A stretch of DNA of 63,318 nucleotides, filler included, from Asterionella formosa (Eukaryota): assembly GCA_002256025.1 (NCBI GenBank). It is 12 parts of 12 records of this genome, joined end to end, with 100 filler letters (N's around TTAATTAATTAA, not from the genome) between each part and the next. Parts side by side here need not be neighbours in the genome. Positions count along the whole stretch, not along the records: positions 1 to 23,881 come from NKIB01002375.1; 11 more parts are not named here. One strand, given 5' to 3'. Below the pieces are notes generated by a model. It did no database searches. It was not told the origin of the DNA and worked only from the letters and a program-made list of their open reading frames with translations. Within the stretch, counting starts at the first letter, position 1, and every line of letters starts with the position of its first letter. Made by a program: the position numbers and the translations under genes. Shown in pieces: positions 10,589-21,357 of the stretch.

Positions 10589-12741
10589 ATGAATCAAGAT
10601 GACAATAAAGCTTTCTTAACTACTCTAAGAGACATTAACAAAGAGATCAACAATGCTACAGATTTCACTGACTCTTCGGTCCGACACGGCAACGTCTTTC
10701 TGCCTCCGATCCATCATGATGAGAACGATACTAGGAATCAAAATCATACAGAAAATTTGGATACTGGAACTACTGCTACTGGTCCTGCTCCTGCTACTAC
10801 CACGAATCATATGGATCAAGATTTATTGCAGCATACCATTGCCGATGCTGGTCGATGGGCATTTGGAAGTAACTGTAAGTTTTGGCTGTATGTATATAAG
10901 TCATTCATTCGTACGAGTGTTTGTTTTGTGAGTGATTTGCAAATTATTATTCATTTATTCTTTATTTTATACTTTTCCTAAATTTTGGTTCCTTATCATA
11001 TATACTAAATAAATTCTCTCTCTCTCGTTCTCTCGTTTCATTGAAAAAAAAGATGTCGAATTATGGGTCATGAATGAAAATCATACTCATTTAGTATTAC
11101 CTCCAGGAGGATGGTGGTGTCATCCTCCTCCTACCTCCACCACTACAATGATAACAAGGAATCCTTCCCTACTGGTACTTACAGATACAACCAATTCAAA
11201 TTATGTACCACCTTGTCCAGTGACACCAGGTGTTGGATTACCAGGAGTATTGTGGTCAGAACTTCTCGGACGCTATAAGGATCGATCGGGTAGGAGCAAA
11301 AGGGAAAATGACAAAATGACAACAACTGTCGATGGAGGACAACAAACGGTGGAGACATATGCAGAATGGAGACGTGAACAACAACATCAAGATGATCATC
11401 ATGATGATGATGATGATGAAGAAGGACAACAACATCATCATCAACAACAACAACAACAAAAAGCAACAGGGAATCATAATCACCGACGAATCAATAGCTT
11501 CATGGCTCATTTGTGGAATAATTTTTCTTTGGATGCTGACTTTCGAATGGAATTACATCAAATACAAAGGAATGTTGGTGCTACTACCCGACGACGTCTC
11601 GTATGGAGAAACATACGTGACATTGCCAACGATCCTGACCAAGCGCATGACGAACGTCTACAATTCTTAATTCAATGTGGATTACAATGGGCAGCTGCTG
11701 TTCCATTTCATATTCAAGGGAAAAAGGGAATTGTGATTTACATGACAAGGGAAACGAATGACTTGACAAGGATACAATCAACAACGAATGAAGAATACTT
11801 GAGATCTGCGTCGGATTTGATTGGAAGTGCTTGGGCCCTACGAGAACCTAGACTGGCTGCCATCAAAGAACGAAAAGCACAACGTGACATGGCCACTCGA
11901 CGTGCTAGGCAAAAGTTGCTGGCCATGATACGGACAGGTATCACATTGGAACAGTTGATTATTAAACAACCCAGGGAATTATTATATACTGTTGGAGGTC
12001 GTGTCTACCGACAGGATCCTGACATTGCAGAGCCGTGTATGGGACGGATCAAAACATGTTTCTTTGAACAGATTACTTTGTTACTCAAAAAGTGTACTGG
12101 AGGTAACAGTAAGGAACCACCGGCATTTTCATGGAAAGAGACGTTTCTATCCTTCATTGGAGTTTTCATCACATTTCTGATGTTAACCAATTTCAACGAA
12201 GGTCTCAGCCAAGATCTTAAGATGGCATTGCCTCCATTTGGGGCTCTCATGACTCTTCAGTATGGATTGACAGCAGCTCCAGCAAGTCAACCAAAAAATA
12301 TTATCGGTACGTTTTCTAAATGATTTTTTCATTTTACTTTTTGATTCAACTTGTTGCTCACGGAATGGAGAATTGACCACAGCTGGACAGATCATTTCCA
12401 TGGTGATTGGTATAGGATTTAGATATTTCGATGCCATGAATTCATCTCTCCGGACATCGCTGGCTCTTGCGTTTTCGATTGCTACCATGATAAAAGTCGG
12501 AGTGACACATCCACCTGCTGGTGCTACTGCTGTATTTTTTGCAACTACTCCATCCTTTTCATGGAGCAACATGGGTTTTATGGTGATTGGAAATCTTGTT
12601 GCAATTGGTTCGGCCATGCTATTCAACAATTTATCTGAAAAACGACAGTATCCCACTTCTTGGGGTATCGAATCATTGCAAGGCCTACTGAACTATTTTC
12701 GAATATTATGTTTTGGTCCACATGATGCTGGGCCTACGTGA
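10589..12741 (+). CDS. HPP-family membrane protein with an N-terminal GAF-like domain; exons 10589-10874, 11053-12306, 12383-12741
   Basis: HPP motifs PPFGA, APASQPKN and THPPAGA plus 4-5 TM helices; both GT-AG introns keep frame (SN-Y-VELWV; NII-A-GQII); GAF-like motifs YVELW, PGVGLPGVLW and AAAVPF..GIVIYM. Confidence 0.85.
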
Positions 12742-13670
12742 TAGGTAGTCGAACCACTCATCACAATGCCATCAAACTAGATATTGTTCGGACCATGATG
12801 ATCATTTCATTTCAGTCGCCTTCTCTAATAGGTTAAATTCTATCCACGACTTTCTTTTCAATATATATTTAGATAAACGGGCGAGTGAAAGCGGCGAACT
12901 CCAAACTGATATTTAAATTCATAGTCGCCGGTATCGGAGTGTGGAGTTCAGAAATGTGAGCAAATACGTTTGTCGAATTCTACCTCGCACACATGTTTCA
13001 CAAGACTCATCACATCACCACCAACAATTTTTTTTTCTTTTGCTGTTCCAAGGCGCCAGGAGAAATCACCACCAACAATAAATATGCCGGTAGCTGTGCT
13101 TGATTTGATCTACCCCTGGTCACTTCCGACATACCTGGTACTGGTACCATTCATTTTGGTACACAGTACTTACAACAATGTTTCATCCGACTGGGTCTAC
13201 ATTCAGTGCTATACGGAGTACCAGGTACTATCGTTGACATTTAATTTTATATATGATTTCCAACCGTCATTCACTCTAAACAGCGTTTTTTTGGACATCC
13301 ATATACGAATATCTATGAATTCGAAATACCAGTAAAGACGAATTTTAGGAGCGGAGTGACCAGACCATGCACCAACCATCACTCATCAACCTTTTTCTTC
13401 CATGTATATGTACCGGTACTGCCTACATACCTCGGATTATGTCATCGCTCAAATTTTCCATCACATTTTTTTTCGTTTTACCGCCATATATAGTTTGGCT
13501 GGAAATTTTGAAGACACAAGCAAGAGCGAATCTTTTTTCATCAGGTACATTTTACGGACATTTGACGCTTGTTCATTGACTTATCTGTTAAATTAGGCGC
13601 CACTCTCAATCCTGAAAGACATTCATTTCATTGACGTCTCTTATCATAAAGAAGAACTATCCCATCCATC

Positions 13671-15539
13671 ATGGGGTCAATATACGATGACACTTTTAAG
13701 AGTCGACGCCAACGATTCATCATCGGCGGAGGTGCTCTGTTGCTTTTGATTTTGACTGTTACACTTGCAGCTGTGTTTGCCAATGGAAGCAGGCATTCCA
13801 GCGGCCAAACAACAAAACAAAGCTCTTCCAAGGAAAAGCAAATAGTCGGAGCAACCAACACAACACAAATATCCACCACCACACCTTCATCAACTCCATC
13901 ATCATTACAACCCCATCCATTAGATCCAATACCAGCGCCTCGTTCCACAGCATTTCCAATGCAGATTGCTACTACGACTATGTCAACTCCAACAAGGGAC
14001 TCCCATACTTTTCCCCCGACTGTTGCTGTGACAAATGAACCCAGCACAGATCCTAGTACACAGCCCACTCCAAATCCTAGTGAAAGTCCAAGCACAGCTC
14101 GCTTACCCCCTTCACTTCAGCCATTTAATGCACCATTAGAAAGTCCAAGCATAACTCTCGTGCCCCCTTCTATCCAGTCATTTAATGCACCATCAGAAAG
14201 TCCAAGCACAACTCTCGTGCCTCCTTCTGTCCAGTCATTCAATGCACCATCAGAAAGTTCAAGCACAACTCTTGTGCCTCCTTCTATCCAGGTATATCTT
14301 GCACCATCAGAAAGTCCAAGCATGTTACTCTTGACCCCTTCTATCCAGTCATTTAATTCACCATCGGCACCTCCCAACATTGCCCAAAACAATACTGGTA
14401 GTACACAAGTCACATATCGTCCAGGTTACTTGACCATTAGTATGCTTGGTCTCACCTTGTCCGAAGGACTTGTAGCAAGGAAAATTGCTATTGCTGGTAC
14501 TCCAGTTACTTACGCCAATGGTGCAACATCAAATATTCCGTTTCATGTACGGCCTGACTATGGTGCAACCTTTGTTGACACTCGACCAGAGAATGTTGGT
14601 GGATGGATTTATACTTCAAATTCGGAAATGAACGTAACAGGACAAGGTGGTGTTGGTGCACTAACATTTAATGCCGATGGCAATATCATTGACTATAGAA
14701 TGGTCTTGACGAATAGTACATCAAATTGCGGTGGAGGGAGGACGCCGTGGAATACATGGATATCATGTGAAGAAAACAACAAAAAGGGAAACGTCTACCA
14801 AGTAGATCCTTTTGGGGTTCGAGCTGCTGAACAAGCGACGATTGGAAAAGGATTCGGTGCCTTTGAGTCATTTGCGTTTGATATTCGTAATAAGACTACC
14901 CCTAGATTCTTCGTTTCTGAAGATAGTATTGATGGGGCTGTGCGCAGGTTTACCCCTGATGGTGCAGATTGGGAGAATGATCCCTGGACAATGTTGCACG
15001 GAGATGGAGTATTGAAATTTCTTCTCATGAATCCCAAAAGTGAAGAGGGTGGGACATTTTCATGGACCAGGAACGAATCGCTTGCCAGAGCGAGTGCGAA
15101 ATTATATTACCCAAGTTGTGAAGGTATCGATGCGAGGCAGGGTATCATATATTTGATCTCCAAGCGTATTAAAACTCTGTTTCTTTTGAATTTGGACATT
15201 GGAACATATCGAAATTTCTCGACAGTCCATGGCTTGTTTGATGGACAGCCCGATCAAGTCAGTGAAATTTTGAATTTGAATGATGGAGATAGCCATATGC
15301 TTTACTTTACCGAAGAAGGTGGACAGTATGCCGGCATACATGGGAGAAATGCCCTTGGACAGTTCTTTACTGTTTTGGAAGGACCTGGCTATGCCACAGA
15401 GACAACTGGTTTAACATTTTCGCCTGATGGGAAGCACATGTATTTTGCCTTTCAAGTGGACGGGGTAGTCTTTGATGTCACGAGAATCGATGGGCTACCC
15501 TTTCAAGGTCAGACATTGAATATAAAATATCGAAATTAA
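13671..15539 (+). CDS. phoX: PhoX-family (DUF839) alkaline phosphatase with N-terminal membrane anchor and Pro/Ser/Thr stalk
   Basis: TM segment IIGGGALLLLILTVTLAAVF; motifs PDYGATF, YTSNSE, NCGGGRTPWNTWISCEE and ETTGLTFSPDGKHMYFAFQ. Confidence 0.8.
   Translation: MGSIYDDTFKSRRQRFIIGGGALLLLILTVTLAAVFANGSRHSSGQTTKQSSSKEKQIVGATNTTQISTTTPSSTPSSLQPHPLDPIPAPRSTAFPMQIATTTMSTPTRDSHTFPPTVAVTNEPSTDPSTQPTPNPSESPSTARLPPSLQPFNAPLESPSITLVPPSIQSFNAPSESPSTTLVPPSVQSFNAPSESSSTTLVPPSIQVYLAPSESPSMLLLTPSIQSFNSPSAPPNIAQNNTGSTQVTYRPGYLTISMLGLTLSEGLVARKIAIAGTPVTYANGATSNIPFHVRPDYGATFVDTRPENVGGWIYTSNSEMNVTGQGGVGALTFNADGNIIDYRMVLTNSTSNCGGGRTPWNTWISCEENNKKGNVYQVDPFGVRAAEQATIGKGFGAFESFAFDIRNKTTPRFFVSEDSIDGAVRRFTPDGADWENDPWTMLHGDGVLKFLLMNPKSEEGGTFSWTRNESLARASAKLYYPSCEGIDARQGIIYLISKRIKTLFLLNLDIGTYRNFSTVHGLFDGQPDQVSEILNLNDGDSHMLYFTEEGGQYAGIHGRNALGQFFTVLEGPGYATETTGLTFSPDGKHMYFAFQVDGVVFDVTRIDGLPFQGQTLNIKYRN
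14082..14366 (+). repeat. Coding tandem repeat, 5 x 57 bp (19 aa ESPSTTLVPPSIQSFNAPS), in the PhoX stalk
   Basis: GAAAGT(C/T)CAAGCA recurs at 14082, 14139, 14196, 14253 and 14310. Confidence 0.9.
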
Positions 15540-15930
15540 CGCAATGCACCACAACTATAACTCATGTAGATACGTTTTACTTCTGTTGAACACAAAGTGG
15601 GTGGCCCCTTCTCGTATTGCTGGTTGACAAATATGACTCTGTTGACATTTATAACAATGGGTTTTTGATGCGTGAAATAGTTGAAGGGCTAGCTAGATGC
15701 GGCAAGATAATAATGTCGTTTCAGCATTTTACTACATTAATGTACAAGCCACCTTTTTCTCTATCGTTTGCACTATTAATTCGAAACACGGCATGATCGT
15801 TGTAGCAAAAACAATATGCAGTAAAATTGCTGCTCAGATGACGAACAAGATGTTTGTGCAAGATATATGAATGTACGTTGGAACCCAAAGGCACGATGCA
15901 TCAAGCATAGTAAATGGTATATACAGTATT

Positions 15931-17172
15931 TCATTGCATAGTAGCATCACCATCATCATCCACGACAATGTCCTCCTCTTCCTCAACATCCATGGTGGTG
16001 GTGTTATTAATCTGACCTTCTTCTTCTTTAATTCTTGCTGCAATATATGCTGGTTCATTAAAGACATGGGTCCCACCAATGGTAGTTGGCAAGCAATCAG
16101 GTGTAATCCCAAATGGAGCTAAATTTGCCAGTACATTACTCCCTCCATGGACATGTGTCCTCAACCTGTCATATTTGCCCAACATCCACTTAATGACAGG
16201 CAAAAGTAATTCCACCATGGCCGGATTACGAACCGAATGATGGGCAAGGAACTTGATGGGTAGTATATCTGTCAATAGGAGTTTTTGCCACTTTTTAAAG
16301 AAGATGCGATCCATGGAGTGCAAGGAATTGTAAACGACATTAATGGCACCATGTATTTGTGTTAATGGATGGTTGGATGCAGCAAAGGCAGTATAAAAAA
16401 TAAGGCGGAGCTTTTTTGTGTCCGTGTGTGTACGTATGGAATGAGTAAGTAATGGCAAGAAAAAGACTAAAATCCATAGAAGCAGCAGCAGCAGCAACAA
16501 CAAATTCACATACCAATCTATCTCTTCCAAATTTCTTTGGATCAATCATGCACCGATCACAACACAAGACTGCTCTCCCGTTTTGATCTCGTGTTGGTGC
16601 AATAAAGCACATGGTCCATGCACATTGCAATCCATCCATGTCATCTGCCATGGCACCACGAATCGTCATGGGAAGGAAGGCTCGTTCTTCTCCAAACAAT
16701 TCGACACGAAAGTTCCAATAGTTGACAAGTCGTCGTGCTGCTTTCTGCCATTTTTTTGTTAATATATTATATGGATGGGCAGTGTATCAGAAGAAGACAG
16801 TCTACAAAGACACCACAACTACAGATATGTCGACACAGACTCGACGAACCAGCAACGTACCTCCGTTTGATAATCATCGCATCGCAAGAACCTCACTGGA
16901 TCAGACTCCTTGGCAACTAGATGAGGACATTGCTTCAGGGCAAGCAAGTAGCCTTCCTTTTCGGCATCGTCAATCTTGTCGAGCTCTTCTGACATGTGAG
17001 TCACAAGCTGTGGCAAGTGCTCCTCCGCGGATGGCAAGGCGTGGGCGTTTCCACCGAACAAGTCATTTACCACCTTGTCGCGTTCTTCCTGGCTCAACGA
17101 GGAGCGCTCGGCTTCCTCTTGTTCCGCCGTGAATCGAGGGGCAGTGATGGAGAAGGCTCCAATGGTTGTCAT
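15931..17172 (-). CDS. CRAL-TRIO/Sec14-like protein; exons 17172-16861, 16744-16514, 16410-15931
   Basis: Spliced ...ESDPVRFLRCDDYQTE-KAARRLVNYWNFRVELFG...DQNGRAVL...-LRLIFY...LAPFGITPDCLPTTIGG; CRAL-TRIO N-terminal 'RFLR..AA.RL..YW..R' and C-terminal 'LP..IGG'; both introns GT-AG and in frame. Confidence 0.75.
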
Positions 17173-18328
17173 GCTGAGAGTCCTTGCCTTGCCTTGCCTT
17201 GTAGTAGAAGTAGTAGTTGTAGGGGAAGTTGTTGTAGCAGTACCGGTAGTAGTTTTTGTTGTTGTAATCGTAGACTAGTATATCTGGTAGCAGCAGTATA
17301 GGTGGATCTTCCAGTCGTTTTCAATGTGTTGATAAGTTCTTATTTTTCATGTCTTTTATGACATACCCGTATGACCATCAGCTAATAATGCCGGTATATA
17401 GGTACCGGTAGGCTCTTGTTGCACGTCTTTGTGAAAACAAGCAATTATACTTTTACATACTTCCTGGTACCAGGTACCGGTAGACACAATACTGGTAGAC
17501 TACTGGAAAAGGTATTCATTAGATACTAACTATGTGCTGTGTGCGTTTTCCTTCCTCGTCTTTTCATTTCGTCTCTTGTCAGCTAATCTGTTTCTTGCTG
17601 ATTCACCCAGGAGTGCGTACATACGACACATGCAACACGTACCAGGGTACCACATTTCGACCGATGCTGTACATAAATGCCGGACAAATATAATATCTAG
17701 GACTGCCGGTAGACTTGTTCTGGTACCAGGGTACCAGGTACCATGAACCTCAGATGGTACCCTGGTACCTGGTAGTACCAGGTAGCACCAGGGTCCTCCT
17801 TCTGTCCAATAATACCGGGTAGTTGCATCGATATGTAATTCAAATTTATCCGGGGCCATTTTGATTCCTACGATTTTCTCCGCCTCAATAGTATTTCAAT
17901 GTGGCAACTATGTATAAAATAACGTTTTTGGTCTTTTTTCGATTTTCACTTACCGGTAAATGGCTATCTCGAGCAAAATACAGATGCATGAGGACCCATT
18001 TGTCTTTGAGCCATCTATTCTCACCGTACAAAGTTCGATATAATAGTACCGGTATATAGAACAACAGCAACTTGCGTTCAAAAATGGAATGCGCTGGTAA
18101 ACATGTTCGTGTATTATATCGGTGTGTGTATTACCGGTAGGGATGATAGTGTTGAAATATCTTACAGCACTGGCCTGGTAAGCACCGAAACACGCAGCTG
18201 TATCATGACTGGGTGCATCTTGAAACTAAATTATCGGTAGCACGAAGGAAATGAGAGTAGCCAGGGGTACCTCTGTGTTGGCAATTTGGTACTTTTTCAA
18301 CCAGTTTTCGTCCTCTAAATCCAGGCAT

Positions 18329-18667
18329 ACCTTTTATTGGGTGTCACAACATTTTTCCAATACAAGGTATTGATCATTTGTTTTTATTCAATACAAGGTG
18401 AGCGGCCAATATACCATTCCATTACAAGGTTCACCTTGTATTGGTGAAAGGTTGGTATGTCAAGTCCAATACAAGGTGAGAAAATATCCAGATATCACTC
18501 CAATTCAAGGTATTCCTTTATTTGTCATGAGAATATCATCCAATACAAGGTATTCCCTGTATTGGGCTCTGTTTTTCCCCAATACAAGGTGGCGACATTT
18601 TGCAATTCAAGGTTGCCCCGCCTGTATTGAGTTTTTTTCTGTACTATGTCATGTCCCAATACAAGGT
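18329..18667. repeat. Array of CAATWCAAGGT motifs (about 9 forward, 4 reverse) bounded by an inverted pair; MITE/subterminal-repeat-like
   Basis: Forward copies at 18358, 18389, 18420 (variant), 18467, 18501, 18541, 18580, 18603, 18657; reverse copies near 18329, 18433, 18555, 18621. Confidence 0.75.
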
Positions 18668-19989
18668 GATAAGTTCCAATGAAGTGCAAGCTTCAATAAT
18701 TCTCAGGCTATTAGCTCCTCCTATTATAAAATTATTCCAAATCAACTGGTGCATATAACATACTATGTTCTAAGTATGTTTAAATAGTTTAACCTGACCT
18801 ACTTTTTTGGGCGCATTTTCGGAGCATTGCACCCCCTTGGTAATGTTTGCTCCAGACTTGCTTTCTTTTTCGTTGACCCTTCTTCGCTAACCAATAGGCA
18901 GTGGATAAAGAATTTGACACTAGAAGAATGTCAATGCATTATTGATTGCTTACTCATAATAAAACCTCAAAAGGGTGGCTGATGAGACTATTGACATGGA
19001 TGGTGGCCAGCTGGTTAAGCCATAAATCCAGGCATGCACAAAATGTTAGCGATATTATTTGACATTTGTAGAATAAATTAATTTTTGTACAGAAACGCAT
19101 GCTTGTTAATTTATTTAGTTATTTTCTTTGGAACAAATGGCCAATATAATACACATAGGCAGATACAGGTATGTATTGCCACTTCGCATTTTACTCACCT
19201 AAATAAACTAATCTAACTGTGTACCTGTTGCCAGCATCATCTTGTATAGAAAATGTGTATCGCTTCAACAGAAGGCTTCTTTTAAGGACATGGATCATGC
19301 TGGGCTAGTCGAAGTTCGTTGCAACATATAATGAACAGAGAGGGAGTACACTTAGTTTGCTGTCCTGGGGTTGGATTACTATTGGTTAGCACACCTCATG
19401 AGATGACAGGTTTGATTCCTGCATTCTCTGCAGTTTTTTCTTTAATATAGATGTTAGGGTTCTGGGGTGTGTGCCCGATGAGGATACAGGTTCCTTTGAT
19501 CCATTCAGAAGAAGAATACCAGTACTAATTGTTTCCATATATGTTGGCATGAATGTGAATATTGCATTGCCTTAATAAACTCTTGAGTACATTTTTGTTG
19601 TCCTGGTGATGATGTAAGGTCAACTATTAAATCACATCGCAATGATGCTGATCCTGCTTGGTACTATGCATTTATGTATAGGTGACCTGACTGTTTTGAC
19701 ACTTTTTTATTTGTATGCTAATCTTTCAATTGTTGCAAAAATTCCAGTATAAATCCACAGTTGCTTCCAATATTTCAATTGCCTCAATAGCATCACAACC
19801 ATAATTTACATAACCATGAAGTCATGGATACAACTTGTAGCTATTCACCATATATACCCACTATTGATATCACTCACATACCATACAGTCACGTCTGGTT
19901 TGCTCGTTTGTTTTCCAAGATTATCCTCCTATAGAAGTTTCCCAGATTTTTAATTGGTCGATTGAAGTATATGAAGCAAACACATGTTA

Positions 19990-20646
19990 TTACGCCGCCG
20001 CCTTCATCAAATCTTTTTTTGACAAGATCTCATAATCTGCTTTTACCCCATTCTGACTTGGCGAGATCGGATCAATGACATAGTTCATGCGTACTGTATA
20101 AAATCGATAGGCCGCCGCGTTAGCTGAAAAGACCGTGAGCATGACCTTTTTCATATCTGTTCTCATGGCCACCACTTCCATAATAGCCATCAAGCGTCGA
20201 CCAATGCCCCTTCCAGTATAGTTTTGCGCTATTTGAATTTCGTGAACGTACAATACTTCTTCTGTCGGCACTTCGTCATCGTTGACATCAAATCTGAAGT
20301 GAAGAAAGCCTACAAAGTCTTCGCCGGCCTTGACCAAGAGAAATCGTGCATGCTCGTGGTCTAATTCTTCCATCTTCTTTTCCAGATCAAGTCCCCAATT
20401 CGAAGCCTTGTACATCTCTGCCATGTTGGACGTGAACAACGCCATGCATCCCTTGAGAGTCTCCCGAGGAAGAGGCGACTTTCGGTACTTCACCTCTAGT
20501 ACGGCCGAAGGAAGTTCCAAGCCGCTATCGTCGTCGTGTGTTTCATTATTGGACAGTTCGATTTCCATGTACGGTCCCAGACCCTTGAGTGGATTGGCCA
20601 AGGCGCGAGCCTTTTGAATCTTCCGCGTCATGACGCTGTTGGACAT
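19990..20646 (-). CDS. NAA40: N-alpha-acetyltransferase 40 (NatD, histone H4/H2A N-terminal acetyltransferase)
   Basis: Motifs NMAEMYKASNWG, EEL...ARFLL, LYVHEIQI, GRGIGRRLM, KVMLTVF..N..A..FY, D.ISPS and YEILSK. Confidence 0.85.
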   Translation of the reverse strand: MSNSVMTRKIQKARALANPLKGLGPYMEIELSNNETHDDDSGLELPSAVLEVKYRKSPLPRETLKGCMALFTSNMAEMYKASNWGLDLEKKMEELDHEHARFLLVKAGEDFVGFLHFRFDVNDDEVPTEEVLYVHEIQIAQNYTGRGIGRRLMAIMEVVAMRTDMKKVMLTVFSANAAAYRFYTVRMNYVIDPISPSQNGVKADYEILSKKDLMKAAA

Positions 20647-21357
20647 TTTGAATGCTTTCCCTTTCCTTTTTCGTTGGTATACAGTACCAGTAATTTATCT
20701 CCTTGGACACGAGCGAGCTATAGCTATCGGGAAATGCTATGTGTCGTTGTCGATGAAGAAGAAGTTCGGTAGTAGAGAAGAAATAGAAATGGCCAGCACA
20801 GCACAGTGGATGGAGATGAAGGGAGCAATGATGTACGTATCTTTTGATCATACCCGGTCCCGAACTGTTACGTCATATCTGATGAAATCCAAATCAGCAG
20901 AATTTACTATCAGTAGAAAAATCTGCTGAATCGGCGCTATTTATTTAGTTTTCCGGGTTCTTTCATTCATCAGATTTGAAGCGATAGGTTGTAGTATCTA
21001 TATGCGAGCGCTTGTTTTGTGAATAAACTCCACTGTCACGACCATCTTTTTGGAGTCGTGGATGAAAATTTCAAGGCAATTCGGAGGCAATTTAAGTTAA
21101 AATGTTTTCTAAGCTAAGAAAATCACCATAGGGGTGGTTCCAATGCGCCTACGGTACGTACACCGGTAGTACTAGCTAGTGTGCATAATACCAATCGTAG
21201 CGTAAGGCATAACCAGGTACCAGGAGTACTTTGTGGGTACAAACTGATTGCTCTGTTCACCACAGTTTCCTATACACTGCTGTTTCACCAGATTTTTATT
21301 TGACAAAAAATCTTGAGAAAAAGTAGTTTTACCTAAGAATAATGACTCATAATTTTT

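Noticed and set aside
18329..18667. CRISPR-like repeat-spacer appearance
   Set aside because: Repeat is only about 11 bp, occurs in both orientations with irregular spacing, the context is eukaryotic and there are no cas genes
19380..19430. tRNA/SINE-like A and B boxes (TGGTTAGCAC...GGTTTGATTCC)
   Set aside because: No cloverleaf or acceptor stem can be formed; too degenerate to call
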